DNA of 63,713 bases, filler included, from Octopus bimaculoides (taxonomy: Eukaryota): NCBI RefSeq assembly GCF_001194135.2. It is 5 parts of 5 records of this genome, joined end to end, with 100 filler letters (N's around TTAATTAATTAA, not from the genome) between each part and the next. Parts side by side here need not be neighbours in the genome. Positions count along the whole stretch, not along the records: positions 1 to 18,792 come from NC_069008.1; 4 more parts are not named here. One strand, written 5' to 3'. Under the pieces are notes generated by a model. The model had not been told where the DNA came from and did not search any database. It worked only from the letters and a program-made list of their open reading frames with translations. Shown in pieces: positions 1 to 13,097 of the stretch (position 1 is the first letter of the stretch; each line of letters opens with the position of its first letter). The position numbers were made by a program, and so were the translations under genes.

Positions 1-731
<731 letters not shown>

Positions 732-732
732 G

Positions 733-1289
733 AATGAGAGAGAGGTGCATGCCGTCAGAGTGACACTGGGTAAAATATACGAAGCACAGTATACCCAACA
801 TGATTATCCGTCTGATAAGGGTACACCGGTCACATGCATCACAACCATATGCACACGACATGGTGATCTCATTCATATCAAGATAAACAGCGCATGACCT
901 CGCAGGTGGGGCCCAGTTAGAATTTTCTTCAGGTCGAGTAGCCCATCCCGCTCAAAAGGACCCTGAATAAGAGTTGTTTCAGGATGCTGAACAACGCATC
1001 CATGTTTCCAGAGGTGGATTATTCAAAACCCATAGAAATCTTTTGAACACATGGTTATGATGCTCCGCCGCTAATTCCGTTCGTGATCTGAGATTCACAT
1101 ATCGTCAGCCACCAAGGGACATGCTCAAATGGTTTAAGTTCAAACAACTGACAAGCAAATCTGTGTTACAAAACAGAATATTTGCTATAACCCATCTTTT
1201 ATACCAAGACTAAACAATGTACACGATAACACACCCAATCAGATAAGATCAGAAGCCATGAGAGCCACTGTATGGTACTGCACGAGAGC

Positions 1290-1292
<3 letters not shown>
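733..1292 (-). repeat. ~560-bp dispersed repeat, copy 2, head-to-tail with copy 1
   Basis: Same sequence as 107-663 with scattered substitutions; separated from it by (TTA)n. Confidence 0.75.
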
Positions 1293-1349
<57 letters not shown>

Positions 1350-1843
1350 CATTATTATTTTATTGTCTTTGCACAGCTTGTTACACTGGAGATGTACTAC
1401 GGTGTCAGCTGTTCACTGCCAGTGAAGTAAAGTAATACCTCTTATTTTCGAGCACCTTCCAGAGTATTCGATTGTTTCCAAGCAGTGCTGCTTTCTGCAA
1501 TTGGCCCACCCTTATTACAGCCCTATTTGTTCCATGTACTTCTCAAGATTTTTACTCACTTTTCCCAGGGCTCCGACAGTTATTGGTATTACTACCACCT
1601 TTTGCACCGACCACAACTGCTTTACTTCCCAAGCTAGCCTGTCATATCTATCGACTTTTCTTTCTTCCTTATCACATAACTTTTTGGCAGCTGGGCATGC
1701 TACATCTATGACCCAGCATCGTTTGCTTTCTTTCTCAATTAGCACTATGTCTAATTTCCTATTCTCTATCTTATGGTCGCACTGGATCAAAAAATCCCAT
1801 TTTTGCATTATCATTTTCGATGATGCCTTCAGGTTTATATTCG

Positions 1844-2770
1844 GGCATAACTACAGAGTTGTACCCCACAGACTTTGGAAGGTCATAACTTTCAGAAAAA
1901 TAAATATTTTTAAATGAAATTTTCTATGCATATAGTATTTATTATGTAGATTCCGAATATACAGAAATTTCCGGTGAAAGTGTTTTGGAATGGGGATGGG
2001 GGACAATTTTCGGAAATTCCAACAGAGTCCACTTAAATTCTTCTTAACTTCCAAGAAAATGAATATCTTTTCGTGAAATTTTCTACAAATATACCTTGAT
2101 GTATGNNNNNNNNNNNNNNNNNNNNNNNNNNNNNNNNNNNNNNNNNNNNNNNNNNNNNNNNNNNNNNNNNNNNNNNNNNNNNNNNNNNNNNNNNNNNNNN
2201 NNNNNNNNNNNNNNNNNNNNNNNNNNNNNNNNNNNNNNNNNNNNNNNNNNNNNNNNNNNNNNNNNNNNNNNNNNNNNNNNNNNNNNNNNNNNNNNNNNNN
2301 NNNNNNNNNNNNNNNNNNNNNNNNNNNNNNNNNNNNNNNNNNNNNNNNNNNNNNNNNNNNNNNNNNNNNNNNNNNNGTACATACGCACATAATAGAGAAA
2401 AATGAAACAATTATGGACGACTTGCTCCGAAACACCACCGAGTGGGGAACACTTCTCAGAAATAACCTGCAGTTGTTTCCTTCAAAATTCCTACATGCTC
2501 GAAATGTACATACATCAAGGGATATTTGTAGAAAATTTCACGAAAAAATATTCATTTTCCTGGAAGTTAAGAAGAATTTAAGTGGACTCTGTTGGAATTT
2601 CCGAAAATTGTCCTCCATCCCCATTCCAAAACACCTTCACCGGAAATTTCTGTATATTCGGAATCTACATAATAAATACTATATGCATAGAAAATTTTAT
2701 TAAAAAATATTCATTTTTCTGAAAGTTATGACCTTCCAAAATCTGGGGGGTACAACTCTGTAGTTATGCC
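1844..2770. mobile_element. Non-autonomous DNA transposon (long-TIR/foldback MITE) with 8-bp TSD TATATTCG
   Basis: TATATTCG at 1836-1843 and 2771-2778. Ends GGCATAACTACAGAGTTGTACCCC...GGGGTACAACTCTGTAGTTATGCC; inverted match extends about 260 bp. Removing it restores the LINE frame AKKWYEYKPEGIIENDNAK. Confidence 0.9.
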
Positions 2771-3197
2771 TATATTCGTACCACTTTTTTGCTCTGTCAA
2801 GTCTACATTTGGTGCAAAGTGTCCAATGGATAATCCTTACCATATTGTCATGACGTCTCTTATATTCCTTCTGGGCTAGTTGCGTAGGCGTACATTAACT
2901 GGTAATATACCATACGGTTTCACAATTTTGTCCACAATTCTGCACTTATCACTTTTGGATGTGTTGTCTATTCTGTATTTGATGTAATTTCTTCTTAATG
3001 CTTGCTCATGAGCAGCTCAGATTAAAGCCTCCGTTTCCGGTTTTCACTTTTAGACATCCATAGCTATCTTTTTTCTCTGTCTGTACGTCTTATCTTCAAC
3101 ATCCTTATGAAATTGTCCATGCATTCTTTTCTCTATTCACCTATTTTCAGTTTCATTTATTCTCATGTCCTTGTATCTTTGCAATCTTCCATCCTAC

Positions 3198-3629
3198 ATG
3201 AACGAATTGAAGCTATCAGCACCTGGGTGGGTTCACTCCTTAGATATAGAGCAGGGGTAATCGCATGGCTAGTAGACGAACTAAACGTCTTAGACAGAAA
3301 GACAAGGAAGTTGCTGACTAGATATTGGAGACTCCACCCAAAAAGTGACACAATAATAGCGGTTTTCAGGCATTTTTTTTACATACATGCTATGTTGTTT
3401 TCTTCTGCTCTAATGCTGTGATCACATCCAGCCATTCCTCTTCCCCTCTCTTTCCTTGGTGCATACAGTCTGTCTGTGTCACTTTTTGGGTGGAGTCTCC
3501 AATATCTAGTCAGCAACTTCCTTGTCTTTCTGTCTAAGACGTTTAGTTCGTCTACCGGCCATGCGATTACTCTTGCTCTATATCTAAGGAGTGAACCCAC
3601 CCAGGTGCTGATAGCTTCAATCCGTTCAT
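3198..3629. repeat. Local inverted duplication (155-bp arms 3198-3352 and 3475-3629, 122-bp spacer)
   Basis: Arms are near-identical reverse complements. The ORF track shows ERIEAISTWVGSLLRYRA on both strands. Confidence 0.9.
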
Positions 3630-5473
3630 TTAATTTCGACTTCAGCATCAATCTCAGTCTGCACAAATACTCCACCTTAAATTTTTCTGCCATTTCTTTC
3701 TCCATCAATTTATCCATTTCCAATATCCTCAAGTACTTATAGCCCAGTTCTTCTATCTTCATAACATCCCTCGGCGCTATCGCTCGCCCGTCCATACATT
3801 TGATTTTGCCTCTCTTCAAGACTAACACATCACACTTTTTCAGTCCGAACTTCATTCTGATATCAGCACTGAAAGTATACACCGTATCAACAAGGGAATT
3901 GACTTGGGATTTATCTTTATCCCAAAGTTTGAGGTCATCTATTAATAACAAGTGGTTGGCTTTTTGTTGGTGGCTCTTGAATACATTGCTTTGTTCAAAA
4001 TCAGTCTTAGTGGTATCATGCACACTACAATGATCCATATGCTGTACTCTTTGCGGAAGATTTTCACGAGCACTCACAATGTGAGTCATGCTTTCGACCC
4101 TATTCCCACACGTTCTGCAAGGTCCGAAGCACTTGTGTTGTATATAATCTTTTACACTGAGTTGGTAATCGATGCCTGGTCCTGGGCGACGATGGGTAGG
4201 CTTTCAGTATTCTTTTACACCACCACCATGATGCTTCCTGGTCTTTTAACTTGTTGGTTTCACGGTGGAACTGACCATATAATTCCATATGAATTAGGAT
4301 CTCTTCTCTGTCGTTGTCTGTTCTTGATCGGAATTCATGAGCACTCTCAAGTTCATTTTTGTTAAATCCTTCTGCACTAGCAGGTCTTGTTTGCTGTTTA
4401 CCAAATATTCTGCCATATTTCTTTTGTCACTGTTGATGCACTCATGCACGCTAATCGGTCCACGTCCACCTTTACCTCTCTTCATGTAGAGCTTGTGTAC
4501 ATTTCCCTTCGGGTAGAGGGCGCCATACATTGTCATTGCCTTTCGGGTAGTGTGATCGAGTTGGTTAATATCCGCTTGTGTCCATTTCAGGATGGGACAC
4601 TATAGCGAATATGTTGATAGCTGTCACAAGGTTCCTTGAGTTTATCTTTGTTCTTCATGTACTGTTTATTTTCCTTTTTCTTCTAACCATTCAATTTTCT
4701 GGTTACCACCTCATTACCGAATTCAATTGCCCCAGTTCTTTTCGTGTCTTTCACAGATTTATTCGTATTCTCTTTCTCCAACTTCGTTCTTTGTTTATAT
4801 TTGTTTTTATATATTCAGTTTTTCGCTTGTAGCTACGACATTAGCTGCAGTTATGATTAGCTGCAGCTATGATTAGCTGGTCTGTTTCACTGATGTATTC
4901 TGTTTTGATAAGCTTAAAAAGTAATTTACTTTGCCTGTGGCTTTCTTTACTTGTTTTCTGTCCGTATATCTTACATTTGGCGGTACGTCGTTGTTCCCAT
5001 CAGACATTTTAATTCGCAGTACTTCTAAAATCTCATCTTCATCATTCAAGTCTTAATTCGAATTCTGAGTTCAAACACTACTAAAGTAAAATTTGCCTTT
5101 CATCCTTTCCAAATCAATGAGAAAAGTAGCAATCCAGAGCGGTGAATTGGCGGAAGTGAAGGATTAACATTTAAACTTCTGACAATTTTCGTTCTGTGTT
5201 TAAATCCGCTGTTGGTTATTTGATTGGTAAATTTAATCCGTCGATCGGTTTATAACACTACCTGACAGCTTGGGAGTCATAAATAGACAGATCAAAGACA
5301 AGGAGTAAAATCCGTTTCTTTTCTGGAGACAAGAAGGCAGCCGTGAATATGTGTTTCTACCACTATATGCGTCATCAGCACAGCGTTGTGCTACCTTGAT
5401 TTCAGCGATATACATGACTTAGCGATACATAAGACAGAAAATATTTATGGTCCAGGGTAATTTACGAAATTAG

Positions 5474-5559
5474 AAATCTAAATGAACAAAGTAGGTCAGG
5501 GTGGTAAGTAGCAGGAATTATAAAGAATGTACCCTGATCTACTTTGTTCATTTACATTT
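5474..5559. other. Compact hairpin: 29-bp stem (1 mismatch, 1 G-T), 28-nt loop
   Basis: aaatctaaatgaacaaagtaggtcagggt (5474-5502) pairs with accctgatctactttgttcatttacattt (5531-5559). Confidence 0.8.
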
Positions 5560-5804
5560 GTCGTTGATTTATTGAAATTGTCATCACTTTTTCTCTTCCA
5601 GAAAAGATAAACAAATGAGCACATGTGAGCCTGTGCGAGAGCGCGTTTGGCTTTAATAGTATCATCTACCGATGACAAACATGATGATGATGATGATGAT
5701 GATGACGACAATGATGATGATGATGATGATGACTATGCTGACGACAATGACGACGATGATGGTAACGATGATAACATTTACAAGAAAAATAACACACCAC
5801 TTAC

Positions 5805-5962
5805 TTATATCAGATAACTCTGTGTTTCTTGGCTGAAATCCCAAGTTACGTAATCTCTGCGATGTGTTCAGAGTTTCGTAAATATTCTTCCACAGTTGTT
5901 CTTTACTAATTTCCGCCAAGGCGGTGGCATATACAGTAAATGTTACTGCAATTCTCTCTAAA
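5805..5962 (-). CDS. Ly6/uPAR-SEA-like gene, coding exon 6 (LERIAVTFTVYATALAEISKEQLWKNIYETLNTSQRLRNLGFQPRNTELSDI)
   Basis: Acceptor ttatatttcag, donor GTAAGT; 158 nt, phase 2 to phase 1, open, phase-matched to exon 5. Confidence 0.8.
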
Positions 5963-6891
5963 CTGAAATATAATTGTAAAACATTAGATTAATTATTTTC
6001 AACCTCGCTTGCCAGGTTCTTTTTTAATACATAAATCTGTAACTGGTTCAAAAGAAGATGATATTGCACTAATAGTTGAAACCGAAATGTCACTAACCCT
6101 CTTACTTCGTTTTCACTCACTTTCTCTGGTTCCTTGCCACTCTCATCTATCCCCGAGAGTTCCTCGTAGAATATGAGAGAGAACTGGAATCCAACAAGAC
6201 AACCCACCTTATCTTTACAAATGTATTTCTCACTTTCATACCGACAGTAACCCCTTCCCTATCTCCTGCGTCTTCAATACTCCCTCTCGAAATAGGGAAT
6301 ACTTCATTACACAGCCTACTACCATCATCTTACATCGGCAAATTGCCCACTCTCATCACCCTGCCTAAACTCTTCACTTCTTTCTATTCTCCTTCAGTTA
6401 TAGGGACACTTTAAGGCCTTTTAGTTTTTCACCTTGAAAAGTTGCTTCGTTATTGCTGGGGCCACAAGAACAGCACTAAGTTTAATCTGTATATTGAAAC
6501 CGCACTGAAACCACGTCAAAGAAACATTGTAGCATAAAACAGCCCTCCCGCTTGTCGGGTTTCTGAAACAATCCAATCTATGTTAGCGGATGGAGTGGTC
6601 GTTAAATGAGGATTATAATGCTGATTGTAATGGTGATAACGATGATAGTGATGATAATGATGACGTATGTAAGTTTATGCATATATCGTCATAAGCACAT
6701 AATTAACTCTGTATGTCTGTTAGCCCTTTGTATAAATTTGTATAAATTTGTATATCGTGGCCCAGAAGTACAGCATTGCTATATTTTTTGTAACAGTTAA
6801 TACATACGGTAAAAAACCCCCCAAAAACATTGGAATGTTTTCGGAAAAAATAAACAAAATTTGAATGAAAGCGTTAAATGGTTTTGCTTAC

Positions 6892-6944
6892 CCACAGTAT
6901 TCAACTTTGAATGCTCCTTTCATGTTTGAAAACTCATATTCCAT
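6892..6944 (-). CDS. Ly6/uPAR-SEA-like gene, coding exon 5 (MEYEFSNMKGAFKVEYC)
   Basis: Acceptor aactattgcag, donor GTAAGC; 53 nt, phase 0 to 2, exactly bridges exons 4 and 6. Confidence 0.78.
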
Positions 6945-7022
6945 CTGCAATAGTTGCATGTATATTTAGATAGATAGATAGATAGATAGATAGGTACATA
7001 CATACATACATACATACATACA

Positions 7023-7054
<32 letters not shown>

Positions 7055-7089
7055 CATATGTGTGTGTGCGTGAGTGTCAATGTGTGGGC

Positions 7090-10000
7090 GCGTGTGTGTG
7101 CATGTTATCTGCGACTATTCAGGTGGCTAAATGTTGAACCCATTCCAAGTGCTGAACGTAGCTACAATTGGATACAGGCAGCGTATTCGCCATTATGAAC
7201 ATAGATACATGGAAACAAACGGGAGACCTAGATTAAAACTTCGAAAATTGCCCGAGATGTTTCAGGAAAAAAATTGTATTCTAAGGGCCAATTGCTAAGT
7301 GACATTACATTTCGTTAAAAAAACCTTAAAAGCCAAAGATTTTGTGTTGAATAATACGACAAATTTATTCGGAACTGACTGGATGGAATTATTTAACTTA
7401 TGGACCTCCTTATAAATCTTTTTTTGTAAAAATGTAAATGGTTATTCTGCTAGTACAAACAAGTCGTTAGACGAAGTGAAAACAAATTAAAAAAAGATCT
7501 TTCCCGCGATTCTGTCTAATCAATTAGATTTGTGCACCGAAACGAAGGCGTGGATTCAAATAAAAGCAAACACAATACCGACATTTAACCAAAAGCGAAA
7601 TTTACCGTTCGCAGCGATAGAACTAATAAACTCAGATTTAGAGAAAGAAGAAAAAATTGGAGTTATCCAAAAAGTGGAATATAATCAATGGGCATCACTA
7701 TCTGTGTGTGTTGAGAAAAAGAATAATAAAATAAGAGTGTATGCTAATTTTTCCGCTGGTTTAAACGAATGTTTCAAAACGTTCCACTATCCGCTACTTA
7801 CTCCGGAGGATATTTTTGCGAAATTAAAATGGTAAGTTATTTTCTAAATTGGATTTCTCTAACGCGTATCTACAAATTAGAGTAGACGAGGAATTCTATA
7901 AATACCTAACAATTAACAAATATAAAGGACTGTATAAATACAATAGGTTACCATTTGGGTTAAAAGTCTCACCAGCGATTTTCCAACAGATTATGGATGT
8001 AATGCTAGCGGACTGTGAATTCGCAATTCCATATTTGGACAATATATTCATTAAATGCGAATCTAGTGACCAACACATAGAGCACGTAAAATTTGTTCGA
8101 AAACATTAGGGATTACGGCTTTACTTTGAGTGAAGAAAAGTGTGATTTTTTCTTACCGAAAATAAGATACTAAGGGCAAATCATTGATAGAAATGAACGT
8201 CGACCAGACCCGGAAAGGGCAGACGCAGTTAAAAATATGCTTCCGACAAATATTGCGACCTTAAAAGCTTTTGTGAGACTGGCAAAGTTTTACCAAAATT
8301 ATATTTAAAATATGCATAAGGTGAGGTTTCCACCGAATAAACTGCTAAAAAAGATGTGAAGTGAAATTGGTCGGAAAATTGTTAAAATGCGTTTGAAGGA
8401 ATTTAAAAAAACTATTGACACTTGCACATTTCGATCCTGCAGCGGAAATCGCTATAACTTCAGATGTCTCTAAGTACAGCATAGAAGTAGTAATGCTTCT
8501 ATAGATGGTAAAATGAAGGCGGTAGTTAATGCCTCACGTTCTCTGATATCAGCAGAAAAAAATACAGCTAAATCCCAAAGAGACTCTAACGATTACTTTT
8601 GCTATTAAAATATTTCAGATTTTTACACGGTAGAAATTTTTGACTACAGAATGATCATTGTCCTTTATTATCGATATATGGGTCGAAGACATACTGCTAA
8701 TAGGTTGCAACGCTGGGGTACGATATTACTAAACTATGATGTTAAGATTGAGTATATACCATCCAAGAAATTACGTCACGCTGATTGTTTATCAACGCTG
8801 ATTTTTAAAAAAATGCCGAACCATTTCGATTGCTGCTTTGCGAGCGAAAAATGAATTGAAACATATTTTGTGTAACAATATACATGAACTGCCAGTTACT
8901 TTACAAGACATAAAATTAAAATGGGAAAGTGATGAATTCATTAAAAATGAAAGAAATGCTAATGTCTAAATGAGATAAAAATATTCGCAACACAAATGCG
9001 AAGCATTTCTCAATGTATGACAATGTCTTTATGTATGCACAAAGAGTCGTAGTGCTAGCCACACTACAAAAGCGATTATTAAAGGAATTTCACAGGGATT
9101 TCGAGAATGAAATCGTTAACGAGAAGTTATGTATATTGGCCAACGATGTACCATGACGTTAAAGTATCAGTGAAAGCATGCAGAGGGTTCGCCTTTGCTG
9201 CAAAGGCAGCTACCGCTAAAAGACAACCGTAGCCAAAACAGATATTCCATGTCCAGACTGCATGTTGATTACGCAGATGAACTTAAGGGTGGATATTACC
9301 TTCTTGTGATGGACAGTTTTCCAAAGCGGCCGAAGTGCGTAAATGTAAAAAGCCGACATCTGCGGTTACAATAAGCTTTTTGCACGTACTGATTGCCAGA
9401 TATGCTATTCCTGATACCGCTCTGTCTGATAATGAAACTCAATGTATGTCAGACGAGTTTAGAGAATTATTGTAAAATGTTCCTCATCGAACTTCTCTCC
9501 ACTCTGCCTATCATCCTTGGTCAAGTGGAGCGTTTTGTTGACACTTTCAAGAAGACGTTGTAAAAGGCTAACAATGAAGTAATGGACGCTCTTTCACTTC
9601 AAAAATTTCGAAGTGTGTACCGAGAAACACTTAATCCGAATAACCCGTCTGGAATGTCACACGCAGAATTCAAGTTTGCTAGAAAGGTCAGATCCGTTTT
9701 TGATTATTTGATACAGAATGAAAATAAAATTTAAAAAACGAACAACAAAAATACTTCAAAATTCTTCAAGTGAGGTAACAAATTATTTTTTTAAACCTAT
9801 AGATATGGCAAAGAAAGTTAAATGGGAGGACAGTGTAATCATTAAACTAACAGAAAGAATGATATTCCTGGTAAAAAGGGAAAATATCGACCATAAAATT
9901 ATCATTAACCACCTTCAAAACGATTCACAGAAAAGGCTGTCACGAGAAATGAAATCCCCATGGAAGTATTATACGACATGTTTGAGGTACCAACGCCCAA

Positions 10001-10361
10001 ACAATTTGAAACTACACGTTCTAGCACCAGAAAACGGTAAAGAACGGAAACAGTGGAATTGAACCCTAAGAGATGAAAACTCTGGACTGATCTGAATTCT
10101 CAAAAGTGGAGAAGATAGGGGAGGCTATTCCTAAAAAGAGATGTTCTGGAAGGATTCCAACCAAGTGACTAAAGATGGGATGACTCATTGTTATAAAATA
10201 AAGAATTGTGAGTAATTGGCAGTTCGTATTGGTAAACAGTTCACTGTCAGTCGTTGACTGAGAGCGTTGAGTCTCGTGTAATAGAAATCGTATTGCGTCG
10301 TGTAAATATCGCTTTCCTCCTGCTTCATTAAATTATATATCCAGCACCAGGATACAAAACA
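7090..10361 (+). mobile_element. Decayed Ty3/Gypsy LTR retrotransposon (protease-RT-RNaseH-integrase); possible 3' LTR at about 10141-10361
   Basis: Protease LQLDTGS (DTG 7171-7179). RT ..YLQIRVDEE..YNRLPFGLKVSPAIFQQIMD..IPYLDN. RNaseH and integrase remnants with stops and frameshifts. Purine tract followed by a TG...CA segment. Confidence 0.92.
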
Positions 10362-11169
10362 TTTATACCCAAAACTGGACGAGGAATAAAAATGACTTCA
10401 TGGTCAATCAGTATATGAATTTTTATTGAAGACAACATGCCGAATGGAACAGTTTTTTATTGTCCTGAAAATCTCACATGCAATGAGCATACAAATTTCA
10501 TCTCGTAGTTGTTTAGTATTAGTAAATGGAGTTGAATCTCCGAGGTTCAACGAGTGGAACATAATTTATTAATCCTCATTCTTTTACGACAGTCTCTATA
10601 TGTTTGTGCCCGAGGATATTCTCACGTCTGTATACATGTCCGTATAGACTTACATTCAAAGAACTACATGAATATAAACAAATCAAATAATATATGCTTA
10701 TATATATATATATGTATATATATATATANNNNNNNNNNNNNNNNNNNNNNNNNNNNNNNNNNNNNNNNNNNNNNNNNNNNNNNNNNNNNNNNNNNNNNNN
10801 NNNNNNNNNNNNNNNNNNNNNNNNNNNNNNNNNNNNNNNNNNNNNNNNNNNNNNNNNNNNNNNNNNNNNNNNNNNNNNNNNNNNNNNNNNNNNNNNNNNN
10901 NNNNNNNNNNNNNNNNNNNNNNNNNNNNNNNNNNNNNNNNNNNNNNNNNNNNNNNNNNNNNNNNNNNNNNNNNNNNNNNNNNNNNNNNNNNNNNNNNNNN
11001 NNNNNNNNNNNNNNNNNNNNNNNNNNNNNNNNNNNNNNNNNNNNNNNNNNNNNNNNNNNNNNNNNNNNNNNNNNNNNNNNNNNNNNNNNNNNNNNNNNNN
11101 NNNNNNNNNNNNATATGCGCGCGTGTGTGTGTGTGTGTGTGTAGGCATATATATATATATATATATATA

Positions 11170-11730
11170 CCTAGATATGCTCAACCACCTCATTGAAACA
11201 ATGAAAAACCTACTAGTACCCTTCGATGTAATCAACCTGTAAACTAATATCCCCCACAACCTAGGAATAGAGGCAATCCAGTTGTGGCTAGAGAATCACT
11301 GCAAGGGATTCCCACACCGAATCAAAAAAGAATTCGTAATAGAAGGGCTAAAATTCGTCTTGGAGAATAAACTCTTCGTATTCAGAGACAACTTCTGTCG
11401 GCAGAAATCGGAGACTATGATGGGTATGAGAATGGCTCCCTGCTTTGTTAACCTAATCTTGGGGTACCTAGAAATCACTCTTTATCCTAAGGCACTTAAA
11501 AAATACGGAAACTCGTTCTCTCTTCACATAAAAACTGGAAGAGATATCTAGAGATATCTAGATGGCTGATTCATTCTTTGGCATGAAAGTGTAGAGAGAC
11601 TTTAAAAATTTCAAGCACTTCTAAATGAACTTAACATAAACATTCAATTTACGATGGAATATAGCCAACAACAACTTCTATTACTCCTCATCCTCATTAA
11701 GAAATCCAACATCAAAATAGAAACAGACGC
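11170..11730 (+). mobile_element. Penelope-like element RT remnant
   Basis: LVPFDVINL*TNIPHNLGIEAI..FVLENKLFVF..MGMRMAPCFVNLILGYLE..RYLD..IQFTMEYS matches the PLE RT pattern (FDVxSLYTNIP, MGxxxAP, RYxDD). Confidence 0.8.
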
Positions 11731-12355
11731 ACTTTATTTTACTTGGTTCTTTATTGTATCGCTGGTATTGGTTGAAAATTGGTGGGCAAATGGTAGTTGT
11801 TCGTCATTTTTATATAATGTGTATTATGAGTTAAGAGAAACATCAAAGAAATGATTGATTTGTAGACTTTGGTTTACTCTCACCTTTCCCTTCTCCTGTA
11901 AGCAAATACATATCTACATAGATATATAGAGGCATACATACCCACAGGCATAAGACTAATTCTCAGACAGACGCAAGACAGAACTTGAAAAGAGGATTAA
12001 TGTCATTGATGAGGTCATGAATAGCGACGAAAGAACTTTGGCAAAAAGCAGCCGAATGATTGTTTAACCAGCACATTAAAGATATGATTGAATAGTTAGT
12101 CGGTTAGGTATTGACTAATATTAAAGAAGTGATATTGAATCAGTGCGCGTGTTATTATTATCGGCGTAATAACACTCCCAAGACACAACAATACTAAATC
12201 ATGTCATCTACTAAATGTATTGAATTCATTATGTAATTGATGGATGTATATAATTAATATTGGTTTTTATGTTGTTATAATAAAAAAATTTACATGAAAT
12301 TGAAGGATTGCTCAAAACTTTGTGAAGAATAAATAGAGGAAAAATAGCTACTCAC

Positions 12356-12474
12356 AGCTCTAGATATGTTTTCAGCAGTGTTTCTGTAGTCATTAAATTT
12401 CCTGTTTTGATTGTCAGCGGTTGCAAACGCATCTTTTGTATAAATCACATAGAATACAAATGAATTGGTCCAGC
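12356..12474 (-). CDS. Ly6/uPAR-SEA-like gene, coding exon 4 (WTNSFVFYVIYTKDAFATADNQNRKFNDYRNTAENISRA)
   Basis: Strong acceptor tttctatgtccttccatag, donor GTGAGT; 119 nt, phase 1 to 0. Confidence 0.82.
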
Positions 12475-12544
12475 CTATGGAAGGACATAGAAATAGAACA
12501 GAAACATTGCGATTATAAATGAGACACACGTTACGGTTGCATTG

Positions 12545-12790
12545 AGTGTTATCTTTTATTATTTACTTGCTTCGGGGGATTGGACAACGGCCATACTGGG
12601 GTCCCGCTTTAAAGGATTTAGTCGAACAAATAATCCAAGTACTTAAATTTATAACATGTTAGTTATTCTATTGCGCTCTTGTGCCGAAACGCTAGGTTCC
12701 GGACACGTAAACAAATCAACGCCGGTTGTAAATTGGTAGTGGTGGTGGTGGGGTACACGCAGGAAACAGTCACATAGATACATAGCTACT
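12545..12790 (+). repeat. SINE-like dispersed repeat (family also at 25090-25400, 26270-26540 and 53200-53350)
   Basis: Shared motifs ggccat(a/g)ctgg..cgcctttaaagg..gtcgaacaaat..ccgaaacgctaggtt..gg. Orientation is tentative. Confidence 0.7.
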
Positions 12791-13064
12791 CACACACACA
12801 CACACACACACACATACACGCACACACACACATACACACACACACCACACCTTTGAAACGCTAACCTCTACACATTTTTTCTGTCTGTTTATTTTTCGTT
12901 TTCCCCATTTTTTTTCTTTCCATCCTGTCTGTCAAAGAGCATAGTCTCAAAACGTCAAAGGCTTTTCCATTCTTCCTGAATGTTAAACTAATATACCTGC
13001 TTGTTGTTTCTTCACCTGCCTTCGTCTTTCGCTTTCTGTGAATTTGGTCTAACTATATACATAC

Positions 13065-13097
<33 letters not shown>

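Larger units (their letters stand above)
1355..5040 (-). mobile_element. Decayed R4/Dong-like non-LTR retrotransposon (RT plus restriction-like endonuclease); mosaic of at least 2 copies
   Basis: ORF 3379-4089 has RT motif HLLLIDDLKL and LGYKYLRILE. ORF 1515-1814 WDFLIQCDHKIENRKLDIVLIEK..WVIDVACP..IPITVGALG is an RLE domain. 4090-4600 repeats the post-RT region (TMYGALYPK, LYGQFHRE). The 3' end runs into (TAA)n. Confidence 0.88.

Noticed and set aside
10554-11259. Long ORFs spanning N-runs (also about 1.9-2.4, 13.0-13.7, 28-29.4, 35.2-35.9, 41.6-42.4, 48.7-49.3, 50.0-50.5 and 58.9-59.5 kb)
   Set aside because: Open only because of Ns and (TA)n/(CA)n microsatellites.
11873-11900. Possible minus-strand micro-exon GAGAAGGGAAAG (EKGK) or alternative terminal exon
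   Set aside because: Exons 4 and 5 already join in frame and there is no independent support. It could be an alternative exon but cannot be supported from sequence alone.
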